Part shown: piece after piece, positions 23,690 through 35,155 of the stretch
How positions within the stretch are numbered: position 1 is the stretch's first letter
Layout of the letters: each line of letters starts with the position of its first letter
Assembly: GCA_003427395.1 (NCBI GenBank)
Contig: BFEA01000021.1
Coordinates: forward strand, 2,036,047 to 2,100,046
Length of the DNA: 64,000 nt
Origin: Chara braunii
Lineage: Eukaryota; Plantae; Charophyceae
Direction of reading: 5' to 3'
Translations under genes and position numbers: made by a program
Notes under the pieces: model-generated
Databases searched by the model: none
What the model saw: only the letters and a program-made list of their open reading frames with translations
What the model was told of the DNA's origin: nothing

Positions 23690-26600
23690 AGACAAGCAGA
23701 TTTGGATCTGAGATCATTAAATGTCAATGGTCTTGCATAAGCCAAATTTGAAAAGAACAAGCGATATATGATCAATTAAGAGGAATAGGTGGGAAGGAAT
23801 GACCTGACATCATATGTATCCAAGAAACTCATCTCATGGATATTGAATCACACAATTACTGCCATAAACAGATATGGCCCCATAAATCATTCAGGGCCCA
23901 CGCACCGCGGTCAGAGAGTGCAAGAGTGGCTATATGGATTCCTCCAGGGTCTAGGGCGGAACCTGTTTATTGGGAGGTGGACAAGGAAGAGGGGAGATGG
24001 ACTTATATCTTGACAATGTTTGAATTGGAGATTGTGATTGTCCTCTGCGTTTATGGCCAAAATGAAGTTAACAATCGTCAACAATTTTTTGAATCCCTCA
24101 TCCCTAAGTTGCCGGTAGGCATCCCTATAATCATTGCTGGTGATTTTAACGCCGCTCCGGATCGTAACCTTGATCGGTGGCGCATCCCTCACCCATGCCC
24201 GGCCTATGTGGAAGCGGATGAAGTGTTGATTACTAACCTTACTCAATCTTTCAATCTCTTTGACTCCTACAGAAGACTAAACCCTAACCTTCGCACATTC
24301 ACATGCGTTAGGAATAATCATTCCGCGACGACTACCAAATCTCGTATTGAAGAAGAATTACAGGGGTCTCTTCAAATTGCACAAATATTTTCCAAAAGTC
24401 CTCTCGCAGGGCTTGATCATGCCATGTGTATAGTTATCCTCTCCTTCTCCAAGAAATGGGACCAAGGAAGAGGGTACTATAAACTCAATACATCCCTTCT
24501 TAAAAAGGAAAGATTTAGGTCTTATATAAAGGATGTACAGACTTTCTGGCAAAGGTAAAAAAGATACCATACAGGATGATGTTATATGGTTCAACAATGG
24601 TCTAGATTTTCTAGGGCGTAAATGCAATGAATATTTCAAATTACTTGCCGCCGACAGACATTCCAATGAAACTAGAATATTACAGAGAATCCAACAAATT
24701 CAATCCATGGAAGAAGATTATCAGAATGTTGGAAATGAGGAAGCCATGGTTCAAGAACTAAAGGAACTTGAAGATAGTTTACTTTCTCTGATGAAATATC
24801 GTTGGCAAGGTGTCAGGATTATAGGAAAGATCCGCCTATTACATACAGAGGGAGGTATGGATGTCAGGTTTTTTGCAATGACCAGAGCTCGAATAGGGAG
24901 AACAATCATCGAAAGTTTAGCTCACCCTCAAAATCCAAATCGACAACTAGCCTCTTCTACACCAGAATGCACCAAACTTGCTAGAGATTTCTTTAAAGAA
25001 TTATTCACATCGGAAATACATAATGTCAGCGATAGCCAGAGATATAATGAAATTGATGAATTTTTGGTACCTCTGACGAAATCCCTCTCTTCATCTCAAA
25101 GGGAGCAACTCGAATTGCCTTTAACTAAGGACGAAATCTGGAATGCACTTTTGATGATGGAAGAGGAAAAAACCCCTGGAATTGATGGTCTTCCTAAGGA
25201 ATCTTGGGAATCCACATGAGACTTCATATCTCAGGATCTAATGAAATTCTATCATAAAGTATGAGAAACAGGTCGGATGGGAGAGTTTGCGGGACAAGGA
25301 GTCTTAACCTTGTTATACAAAAAAGGAGATAAATATAATATTCGCAACTACCGTCCCATTACTCTTCTCGCAGTCGTTTATAAAATGGTTTCAAAAACAC
25401 TAATAATACACCTTAATAAATTTATCAGCGATATTATTCATCCCTCCCAAACAGGTTTCATACAAGGAGGGAACATTCAGGATAATATCTTGTTGATTAA
25501 TGAGTTAATTAAATTATCAAGATAATCTAAACATAATGCCTCATTAAATTTATCTTTATAGATTTCGAAAAGACTTATGATCATGTTGACTGGATCTTTT
25601 TGGATAAATGTTTGGATAAATTTAATTTTGGAGCTAATTTTAGGAGATGGATTAAGCTCCTCCACGAGAATGCAACGACAGATGTGATGATAAATGGTAA
25701 TGTTGCCCCTCCCATATCCTTACAACGATCGGTCAGGCAAGGAGACCCCATCGCCCTACTACTGTTTGTAATCATTATGGAAGTTCTCACAGCCAACATC
25801 CGACAACAGAAGGATATCAAGAGAATCCGGGTTACTACTATCCCTGAGGATGCTATACCAGTCTATTCTTTGTTTGCAGATGACCTATCCCTTATGGTTG
25901 ATGCCTCTAAAGAAAACCTGGAAGCCATCCAAAGGGTGATGGATAAATTTTGTAAACTTTCTGACATGAGAGTGAATTGGGGAAACAAAACGTCGGGATG
26001 GTGGCTCCACTATCAAGGAGGTAGACCACCACATAGGCCCAAGATAAAATGGATCCCCCCATAGACCCCAATAAGGGTCCTGGGGATTTCCCTGTCTCCT
26101 CATGGCAAACCAACCACAAATAATGTAATGATCATGGACCAAGCACTGTCCAAATTAGAATTGTGGAAGGATAAACTTACTTCTATATTTGGAAAAACTC
26201 TTGCTATCAACAATGTGGTGTTAGCCTCGATTTGGTATAAATCTGCGATATGGGTCTTGGACAAGCCTACCATAAAGACATTTCAACGACAACTTGTTGC
26301 TTTTCTCTGGCGTCGTAACCATGAATGCGTTAAATTAAAAGAGATCAGTAGAGTGACATGGTTATCTATAATCCAACCCAAAGGTAAAGGCAGCCTTGGG
26401 ATCATTGATCCCACCACCCAAGTCATGGCTCTTCCAATTCAGCGGATTAAGCGTCTACTCTTCAACCCTCAGACCCCCTGGACTAAATTGGCTAGCGAGC
26501 AGATCAGGAAACTAGCCCCACCTACTTCAGAAGAAGTGGACCCTCTCATGTGGTTGGAGAATAAATCGTGTCACGCCCCAAAAAATCCTCCTCAGCGGCC

Positions 26601-28220
26601 CCTATTCCTCATCCCTCAGATCGCCAAGCAGCGAGGGAAGATTTAGTAAAGGATCCCTTCTGGATTGACTTATTAAAGATTTGGAGAAAACTTCCCCTTC
26701 CAGATAAAGTGTTACCAGAAAGATGGGAAAAGGTATGCCAACAACCATTATTTAATAACACTTTGATTAGGGATTCTCAAGGCTGCACCCTCGACTGCGC
26801 AGTATCACCTTGGAAATGATGGATAAAAAAAAGAATTACTAGGGTAAAAGACATATGGAGCATCACTGACAAAGACTGGGTTAGCCCACAGACCCTTCAT
26901 GATAGACTGAGGTACTGTCACTTTCCGGTGGAAACCCTGGAAAAGATAATTGATATAATACCCTTGGATTGTATTAGAATACTTAAGAAAGGACCGTCTC
27001 TATCCCCAAAAGACTGGGTGTCCATTTCATTTCAACCAGGAATAGTGGGGAATATTTTGGAAGTCAGTTCTTCTGGGGATATCCTCTTGACGTTATTTGA
27101 GTTGGGAGAAGATGGGTTTCTCACATCAAGATCTCACCAGCAGACAGGGTGGTTTAAGCATGATACCCTCTTCCGAATCAGGGTGCTCTCAGTTGAAGAA
27201 AAATTGCTTGCCTACAAACCAGATACCCCCATCTCCCACCTTCCACTTGATCCAATCTGCTGGTCTTGGTCAGTACACAACCCAGTAGGACCAACCCATA
27301 TCACGACGCTCCATAATTTATCGGTTAAATTTGTATATAGGATGCTTAGGCCTAAGGTGTGTCTAAAGGATAGAGTGCGGAATCGGTGGATGAGTCATCT
27401 AAGGGTAGGTATGGAAGAAGTACGCTCAGTCAAGTGGTTTCAACTGTCCAAAACTAAGCCTGCCAAAATTGCCTCTCTTCAATGGCAAATAACTCATCGC
27501 TGTCTTCCCACTAATGACTGGCTTATTGATAGAACTTCACTAGAACAGAAAGGAAAAGCATCCCCCTGGTGCAAGTTCTGTAAATCTGTCTTTTCCAAAC
27601 TTATTCCTAAAACACTAGAACACATATTCTTGCAATGCCCAGGATCGGTGTGGTTATGGCGCTGGTGGGATAAAATCTGAAATCAGATCGGAACATCTCT
27701 CCCTTGGCCATGGAAATGGAAAACTTTATTACTTGAATCCTGGTATCCGTCACAAGTGGATACCTTCACACTTAATTTTTTCAAGATAACTAGGAAAGCG
27801 GTCATATGGGCACTGTGGGTTCGTAGGTGTACCTATGAGATGGAAGGAGCTCGGCTTGATGACCCGGAATTTACTGATACCATCAAGCAACAAATTCAGG
27901 TGGAAATCACAACCAGATGGGAAACATTGAAGGATAAGTTAATTTTTTTTTCTTGAGGAAAAGACATAAAAAAACACATCCTAACATTTAATTAAAACTG
28001 GCTTGGAGGGGTTCAAGGAGGGAGGGTGAGACGGGTGGAATGGGAGAGAAGGCAAGCAAATGGTTCAGAAAAGGATTCATGGAATTATCGACTTATTTTT
28101 CATGACTGGTGTGATATTGATCCCAGCATTCCAATGAGCCCACTCTCAGATTTCCCATATCCCTTTCCCCCGTCAGGTATGCCACTGGTTCCAATCTCAT
28201 GGTACGCGCGAGATGTTGTT
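23690..28220 (+). pseudogene. LINE A ORF2 (APE endonuclease, RT, C-terminal zinc finger), disrupted
   Basis: SLNVNG, IQETH, AGDFN, LDH, KTPGIDG, RNYRPITLL, QTGF, RQGDP, LFADD, CKFC..HIFLQC. Confidence 0.95.
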
Positions 28221-28560
28221 TGAAACTACGAACAGTACTTTTATCCTCTCTGTTCAAAATTTGCATCAGGCTTTGGGGATAGTAGGAAGGATGGCTAGAC
28301 CCACTTACCTTAGTATCACATCAAGGCAGCAAGTCATAACGAGTCAGTTCAGAAAAGGTGTTGGGCCTGGTTCCCAGCGTCGAAAGTCTTTGAATGATTG
28401 GAAGTGCTTGAAGGATCTCAAATGTTTATGATGTAAAGGGACGCTGGACCCGTTTTTCAGCAGATGCAGCTCCCCACCAATGGAACGGAGCCATCTTTCA
28501 AGCAGGGAGAATAGAGGGGGTGTCTGCTCTTATCAGCATCCCTCTATTCCCCATCAAGGA

Positions 28561-28593
<33 letters not shown>

Positions 28594-28598
28594 TAGCA

Positions 28599-29660
28599 AT
28601 TTCTGGGAGACATCTTCTTCTCATGAAAACTCTTTAGATTTTACCCAAACCAAATCACCTTCTTTGAATGTAGATGGTCGACGGTGTTTCTTGGCTTGTT
28701 CAATCATCTGTAGTTAAGTTTTCCTTATATTATCTTTAACTTTCTAAATGTATTCCTGAAACAAGATTGCATATTCTCAGGTTCCTGGGGGCAACCTAAG
28801 AAATTACTCCCGGTTCAGTACATCAATGAGACGTTTAGGCTTCCACCCTTTATGAAGTGCATTTGGGGTTCGTCCAGTATATGTGTGGACACTATTGTTG
28901 TATGCACTTGCAATCTTAGGTAAGTTCTCGTCCCAATCAATCTGATCGGGTCTTATATACATACACAAAAGTTGTTGGCACAGACGATTCATTTATTCAG
29001 TCTGGCCATTCGTTTCGGGATGCCTCCCTGACGACATGGTCAGCCGTGTACCATAAGCTTCCATCAGCTTTTGCTATGACAGACTGGTGAAACTGACATC
29101 TCGATCAGACACGATGGTTTTAGGGAACCCATACTCAGTGACCCATCGCATCTGAAACTTTTGAATGACAAGTTCAGTACGCGTTTCTGTTGGTAAGGGA
29201 ACAAACATAGCGTATATAGAAAAAAGATCCACAATTACCTTCACTTGATTATTACCATTGCGACTTTTAACCAGACTCATAAAGTCAATGGAGATAGACT
29301 CACCTGGTTCGCTTGGTATAGGTAATGGCTTGAGAAGTCCAAGGGGGTTCTCATGCGATGGCTTGTTTCTCTGACACACTAGACATGTACGAACATATGT
29401 TAGTACATCGTCTTTGAGTCTCTTCCATTCGAAACGTTCTCTGACTTCAACATATGTTTTCTTGAAACCAAAATGTCCCTCAGAGTCGTGACATTCCCCA
29501 ATCAACAGACTTTTGATCTCTTCGTTATGAGGAATACATAGTCCTTGTTCGGTTTGGTCAATCAAGAATAACAATCCATCAGTCATTCTATAGTTGGGTA
29601 GTTAGGACGGATCTCGTACAAAGACATCCATGATTGGTTTCCAGATAGGATCAGTAGCAT
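28599..29660 (-). pseudogene. Gypsy integrase (HHCC zinc finger and DDE core)
   Basis: ECHDSEGHFG..CLVCQRNK..ISIDF..IVSDRD..AYNNSVH..TGRTP. Confidence 0.95.
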
Positions 29661-29664
29661 ATCC

Positions 29665-30800
29665 TTAGCGAATCTGGTCTTTCAGGTCATTCCCAACATC
29701 TAAGTAAGAGACAATTGCACCAAAGAAATCACTCCATCTGGACAATGCGTCTGCGACAACATTAGACTTACCTTTGATCGTTTTCAACTCAAAATCGAAG
29801 GTATCAATAAATGCAGACCATCGTACCAGCTTATCAGAGAGCCTAGGCTGTGTCTTTATCCACTTCAGAGTAGAGTGGTCTGAGTACACAGTAAAGTGTC
29901 TCCCTAATAAGTAATGTTTCCACGTGTTTAGTGCATAGGTTAAGGCATACAACTCCCTTTCATAGGTGGAGTTGACAACTTTTTCCAACGGCAGTCGTGC
30001 AGATATAAACTCAATGGGCCTATATCCCTTGCCATCATCTTCCACGTGTTTAGTGCATAGACTAAGGCATACAACTCTCTTTCATAGGTGGAGTTGACAA
30101 TTTTTTTTTCCGACGACAGTCGTGCAGACATAAACTCAATGGGCCTATAGCCCTTGTCTTCATCTTGCTGAAGAACGGCGCCAATCCCATACTGACTTGC
30201 ATTAGTAGTGACAATGAAAGACAAAGACGGGTCAGCAATCTTAAGGACGGGGTAGTGAGTCAGTGCATACTTCAATTTCCGAAAGGAAGACTCACAATCC
30301 ATATCCCACAACCAAATAGTTTCTTTCTTTAACAATCTTCGCATTGGTGCAGCAATCAGTGAAAAGTTCCTAACAAACTTCCTGTAATAACTGGCTAAAC
30401 CAAGGAAAGATCGCAATTCCGTTATAGACTTAGGTTGTGACCAATCTCTAATTGTTGAAATTTTCTTCTCTTCTGGCCTCAGACCTTCTTCGTTCACTAT
30501 GTGACCTAAGTATAACACTTCGGACTTAGCAAACTCATATTTATTGGGATTGATCCTGAAGTTACCCTCACGCAACTTCCCCAGCACCAGACAAAGGTGC
30601 TTCTCATGATCTTCTAGTGTTTTACTATACACTATAATATCATCGAGATAGACAATGACAAACTTTGAAAAGTTGCGGGGGCGTCATTCCATCATTTCTC
30701 TGTTAAGTCTTGCAGTTGTTTCCTCAACTCCTCAAGTTCCCTAGCAGACATTCGGTAGATAGGGCCCTTGCGAATCTTACTTCCATGAATAATTTCAATG
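29665..30800 (-). pseudogene. Gypsy RT and RNase H, with internal deletions and a tandem duplication
   Basis: IYRMS..ELEELRKQL, APATFQ, VYLDD, LRSFLGLASYYRKFV, NASQYGIGAVL, YERELYA (twice), VADALSR. Confidence 0.95.
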
Positions 30801-31079
30801 GTATGCTTAATTGCACGCTCAATTATTCCTGTGGGTTCAGTGAATAATTCTTTATATTCGCTTAAGAGTTTCTCAGTTGAAGGAGGGCAGAAAGTAGAAC
30901 ATTCTCCGACTTTCTTTACAAAGACCATCATTACTTCCCATTTCAACTTTTTCTTTGAAACCATCGAACGAAACGCTGGGTAACTCATACAACAAAAAGA
31001 GAGACTTGAGTCAGACCCAGACTTATGAAATAATTTGATTGGTTTCAATTCAGATTGTGCGTCTCGCAACCGCATAACT

Positions 31080-32870
31080 TTCTCTTTGAACTTAATATCT
31101 GGGTTGGTTTCCTCATGTCAATCCATTATCAGAATCAAGTCAAACGGTAGGTTCTTTTCGATCAGGAAGGATACTTCATGCAAAATCTTCTTACCTTCCC
31201 TTGTTCGAAACCAACACTTAACACTATCAACGTACTGCGAGACAGTGATCGTGCTTTTGTCAGCTAAAACAAACGTGATAGGTCTAGACAGTTTACACAC
31301 CTTCATTCCGATATGCAACTTGCGGATTGCTTTCTTGGATATGTAGGATCGTGTGGCGACTCGCTTTGGGTTCCGGATCAACGGGCACCATGCAATTACA
31401 TGCCCTGTAATGCCACACTTCAGGCACTGTGCGTTGTCCATTCGTTCCTGCCACGTTTCTTGTGATAGACCCATCTTTTCCCAAGGCTTCCCCGGCCGCA
31501 ATCCCGAGGTGCCCTGGGAACGAGCGTGACTTCTTCTTCTTGACTGGCGGTCGTGGTCCTCCCTTGTTGACCACGGCAGCAGTGACTTCCCCCTTCCCGG
31601 AATCACTGCTGCTTGTCACACCCTCGGCCTCTAATGAATACTTCTCCACGGTATCGTCATCAAAGACGACAAGGGTGTGACCCTGACGCTTTTGGCGCCA
31701 AAGTATCTGTTTTCCTGTTCCTGCACCACCACCATATTTCACAACAGACGCATAAGAGTTCTTAACCTGAGAGGTTATTTGCTCTCATTGAAGAGTCAGA
31801 TCCCGAAACTGCCTATAATTATACTTACCAGACTTGGACTTTGCCACGAGTTGTCCACGAATGGGCTCGGGTAGAGCACGAGAATAGATGTACAAGATCT
31901 GGTTGTCTTGCAGGTTCAGTCCCGGAACCTACAACAACCGATCAACTTCCCGAGATAACGACTCCACAGAGGTCCAATGTCTTTGACCAATCGTGGTGAG
32001 CTGGTCAAAGGCCTTATCGACCGTCATTTTGTCCAAAAACCGTTCTTTGATCTTCCCAAGGAACTGTTTGAGGTTCAAAGTTCCAACCCACTGCCCGATG
32101 CCATCGAACCCTGCGGCATTGGCTTCGGCCAAAACCCAGTCCTTAGCTTCCCCACCAAGACAAGAGGTAGACAATGCAACCTGGGATTCACGTTCGACAG
32201 GGGCGTGCTACAGTACGTTTGAATCTCTGCGATCCATAAGAGCGAATTTTCGTCTTTCTTATTACAAAACGTGAAAGACAATTTCATTTTAACTTTTTCT
32301 TTCCTCTTGGGTTTTTCCGGAGCCGTGGTTACTTTGTCCTGTGGCTTCGGAGAAGGAGACTTTGGAGGTGGAGAGGAAGGAGGGCAGTTGGGTGGAGAAG
32401 ACGACGGACTCGAAGGCTCCCCTTTCTTTGTTTTTGATTTCTCTTCCGTCTTCTTTGTTTCTACCTTGAGAGACTTTATGGCGTCCCCCATCAGTTTCTC
32501 TGGCTTTTCAGTCTTTTCTTCCTTTACCTTTTTCTTTCCCTTGACCAAATTCGTGATTATCCGAAGCCTTGAGGCTGCATCATCAATTTGTGACTGCATC
32601 CATTTGCCAAACTGATCGATTTTCATTTCCAGATGGGCAAGGTAATTCACAAGCTGAGCCAAAGAAATCTCATGTTCTTCCCCTTCGTTTTTTACAACAG
32701 TTTGTCTAATTTCTTGCACTTTCTGTTCTTGCTGTTCAATTTTTTTCTTTCTTAATTCTTTTTTCCTCTTCTTCTCTTTCTCTGGTGCTTCTTCAAGTTG
32801 TCTGATGTTTTCATCCACGGTTTCTTCAGACACAACCCTTTCTCCTTCTTCTTTCCGTGCAGCAAGCTCG
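31080..32870 (-). pseudogene. Gypsy gag and truncated aspartic protease
   Basis: Coiled-coil/Pro-rich N-terminus, LGGEAKDW, knuckle CLKCGITGHVIAWC joined directly to ATRSYIS (catalytic DSG missing), FDLIL. Confidence 0.85.
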
Positions 32871-32877
32871 GAGAACT

Positions 32878-33361
32878 GACAAGCAGCACCTCGCCAAGTC
32901 ACAATGCCAGCCTCGCAGCGTCGAGCCAACATTGAAGTCAACACGTGAAGTCAGCATCAACGCAAGACAGAATGAATGTCAAAGTCAGGGAGTCAGCTCT
33001 TATGTAGTGTTTGATGTGGGGTCTAGTCCCCGGATGCTGTATCCCTCAGCCATTCAGATCTCAATGTGAATGAGGGCCCAGATTGGCCTGAAACCAAATT
33101 CCCTCCGCCCTGGATGCTGTCTGGGTACCTGCGCACAACAAGCGAGTGTATCCAACCAAGGGCCTGGGTGCGGTACCTTTGACTCTACAGTTGACTTTGA
33201 CTCTTGAATTTCCTGTGCGCAGCGTTCGGTCACACAGCCACACTCGACAGACTCAGGCCTGGGCGTGCCTTGGTCACACAGCCCAGCGCAGATCAACTCA
33301 GATCTGCGTTTCCTGGGGCTGAGTTCTGAGCCCCAGGCTACTTCTGAACAGGGTTATTACA
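32878..33361 (-). repeat. 5' LTR truncated to 484 bp (distal half, PBS and gag start deleted)
   Basis: Matches 17511-17994 with ~20 substitutions counted by eye; joins directly to gag sequence. Confidence 0.92.
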
Positions 33362-33402
33362 GATCGGTTATTTCAAAAAAAAAAAAAAGAAAAAAAAAAG
33401 AG

Positions 33403-33466
33403 AGAGATTAAACTGATCAGAACAGATACTGCAACTTGATCTCAGCCAAAAGACCGAGAAAGGTGT
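33403..33466 (-). pseudogene. U2: U2 snRNA pseudogene, 5' piece (nt ~1-64)
   Basis: Minus strand ACACCTTTCTCGGTCTTTTGGCTGAGATCAAGTTGCAGTATCTGTTCTGATCAGTTTAATCTCT vs plant U2 ATACCTTTCTCGGCCTTTTGGCTAAGATCAAGTGTAGTATCTGTTCTTATCAGTTTAATATCT. Confidence 0.93.
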
Positions 33467-33540
33467 AGGGAAGTGTTTTTGAATTGATTTATTTGCGGCG
33501 TACCCCTCTGATGACGACTTACCCTGTCGCGCCCCTCTGA
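33467..33540 (-). promoter_or_regulatory. Putative U2 promoter
   Basis: TATA-like AAATAAAT at about -28..-21; upstream block GCGCGACAGGGTAAG near -65; no canonical angiosperm USE. Confidence 0.4.
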
Positions 33541-33654
33541 CAAAGATGGAAGGTTTCGAAAAACCCCTGGCGTTGTTTGGGCCTGTAATATGTTCAATAT
33601 GCCCCTACTGGTACCGGTTCCAATTTTCCAGTATGCCTAGGCAGCTCCCCTCCC

Positions 33655-33963
33655 AGGGCCAGGGGAACGGATGGGAGAGTCGTCAACGGCCACAGGGGCA
33701 TGCTGGACAAATGCACCCCTCACTGACAGGTACGTGCAGGAAAGTTTAGAGGCCCCAGGGGCATGACAGGGTAAGGTGGCCATCGGAGGGACACGCTGCA
33801 AATAAATCGGGGGCCAGGGGAACGGATGGGAGAGCCACTAAGGGCTACAGGGCCATGCTGGAAAGTTGCACCCCTCACTGACAGGTACTTGCAGGAAAGT
33901 TTAGAGGCCTGAGGGGCATGACAGGGTAAGTTGGCCGTCAGAGGGCCCGCTGCAAATAAATCG
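33655..33963 (+). repeat. Tandem 2 x ~153 bp; each unit ends in an inverted copy of the U2 upstream region
   Basis: AGGGGCATGACAGGGTAAG..GAGGG..CGCTGCAAATAAATC occurs twice. Confidence 0.8.
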
Positions 33964-34403
33964 GACTTTCAGGGGCATATTGAAAATTTCCATGGAGTTT
34001 TCTTCCCAGAAAAATGAAAAAGGGGGAATAAGAAGGCCCAGTAGAGCAGCAGGAGAGGAAGCTCGTGGGCCCAACAAAACAAGAAAAATAGGACACCAAG
34101 TAGTACTGCTGGGGCGCGGTCCCACTAGCCAAGGGATGACACCACATTCTAGATGTGGAACAAAAGTTCATTTTTCCTTTTTTTTTTTTCAAAAGGGCAC
34201 CGCCCTTGAGATATGAGCATTGGACTGGCTGGCCCCAGGCAATTGGGAACATATGTTTTTTTGTTCATGTGGTTGTATCTTCAAACTTGGGTCTCAAACA
34301 GATGGTAGGTGTATGTACCAACAGGCCTGGGCATGTTGGTGGACAGATTTTGCTTGCGCAACATTCATCTGACAGTAGTGACCACGCACAAAGCTCAGTC
34401 CTT

Positions 34404-34527
34404 GGGCCTCTCCACACCACTCTCAAAAAAAGTGAAAAAGACAAAAATGTGGGGGGTGCATCTGGCCATGTTCTAGCAGGAAGTTCATTCTCATTTTGCA
34501 CATTTTGAGAGTGGTGTGGCCATGCCC
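34404..34527. mobile_element. Tourist-like MITE, family 2
   Basis: Aligns end to end with 10807-10929. Confidence 0.8.
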
Positions 34528-35155
34528 CTAGAGTAGTGACGCACCGCGGCCGCAGATGGCTGACAAGGTAGAGATTTTTTTATTTTTTTATTTTTTTATT
34601 TTTTTATTTTTTTCTATTTTTTTTTAATACAAAACCATGCTTTGTTATTCCATTCCAAAGAATCATCCAAAAGAGGCCGGGGACCTCACAATAACCCGGA
34701 GTTATCCCGGCAGCATCAGCCGGTTTAGCTTTAGAGCCTTAGCCCATCCCACTCATCCCAAACTTCGACAGAGGTTAACAGCCTCTTATCCGAGCTACAA
34801 CATAGATCCACATTCGGACCAACCTTAAACTGCTTCGCACCCCTGACGTCTGGTACGGAAGAGAGAACCCACTACATCTACTCTAACATTCGGTCCTACT
34901 ACCTCTACTTACACTACCTCTAACTAACTCACGAGCCTAACCTGGCTCGGACCCCAGCCTCCCACGGCTGCGGGGAGCTTCTGCTCCATAGTAGCCTGGC
35001 ACTCTTCCCCTCCCACCCCCCATTGACCTACTGTGGCCCGAACCACGCAACCGAGTGCCCTGGTTGCAAACAAAACAGGCTCCAGGCCCCACAACGCCAC
35101 ACAATCCTTAAAATAACAACAACAATAGCCAGCGTCCTACCCAACAGACGGCTCC

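Larger units (their letters stand above)
18426..28590 (+). mobile_element. LINE A: apparently full-length L1/Tx1-like non-LTR retrotransposon (10.2 kb)
   Basis: TSD AGGTAGCA at 18418-18425 and 28591-28598; poly(A) 28564-28590; ~1.4-kb 5' UTR, ORF1 and ORF2; splits the integrase between KLLP and YFG. Confidence 0.93.
17006..33361 (-). mobile_element. Ty3/Gypsy chromovirus LTR retrotransposon, degenerate, interrupted by LINE A
   Basis: TG..CA ends; TSD GATCG at 17001-17005 and 33362-33366; paired LTRs; gag-PR-RT-RH-INT-chromodomain order. Confidence 0.95.

Noticed and set aside
32075-32944. 289-aa ORF with a novel N-terminus
   Set aside because: Chance fusion of LTR sequence to gag across the deletion at 32878
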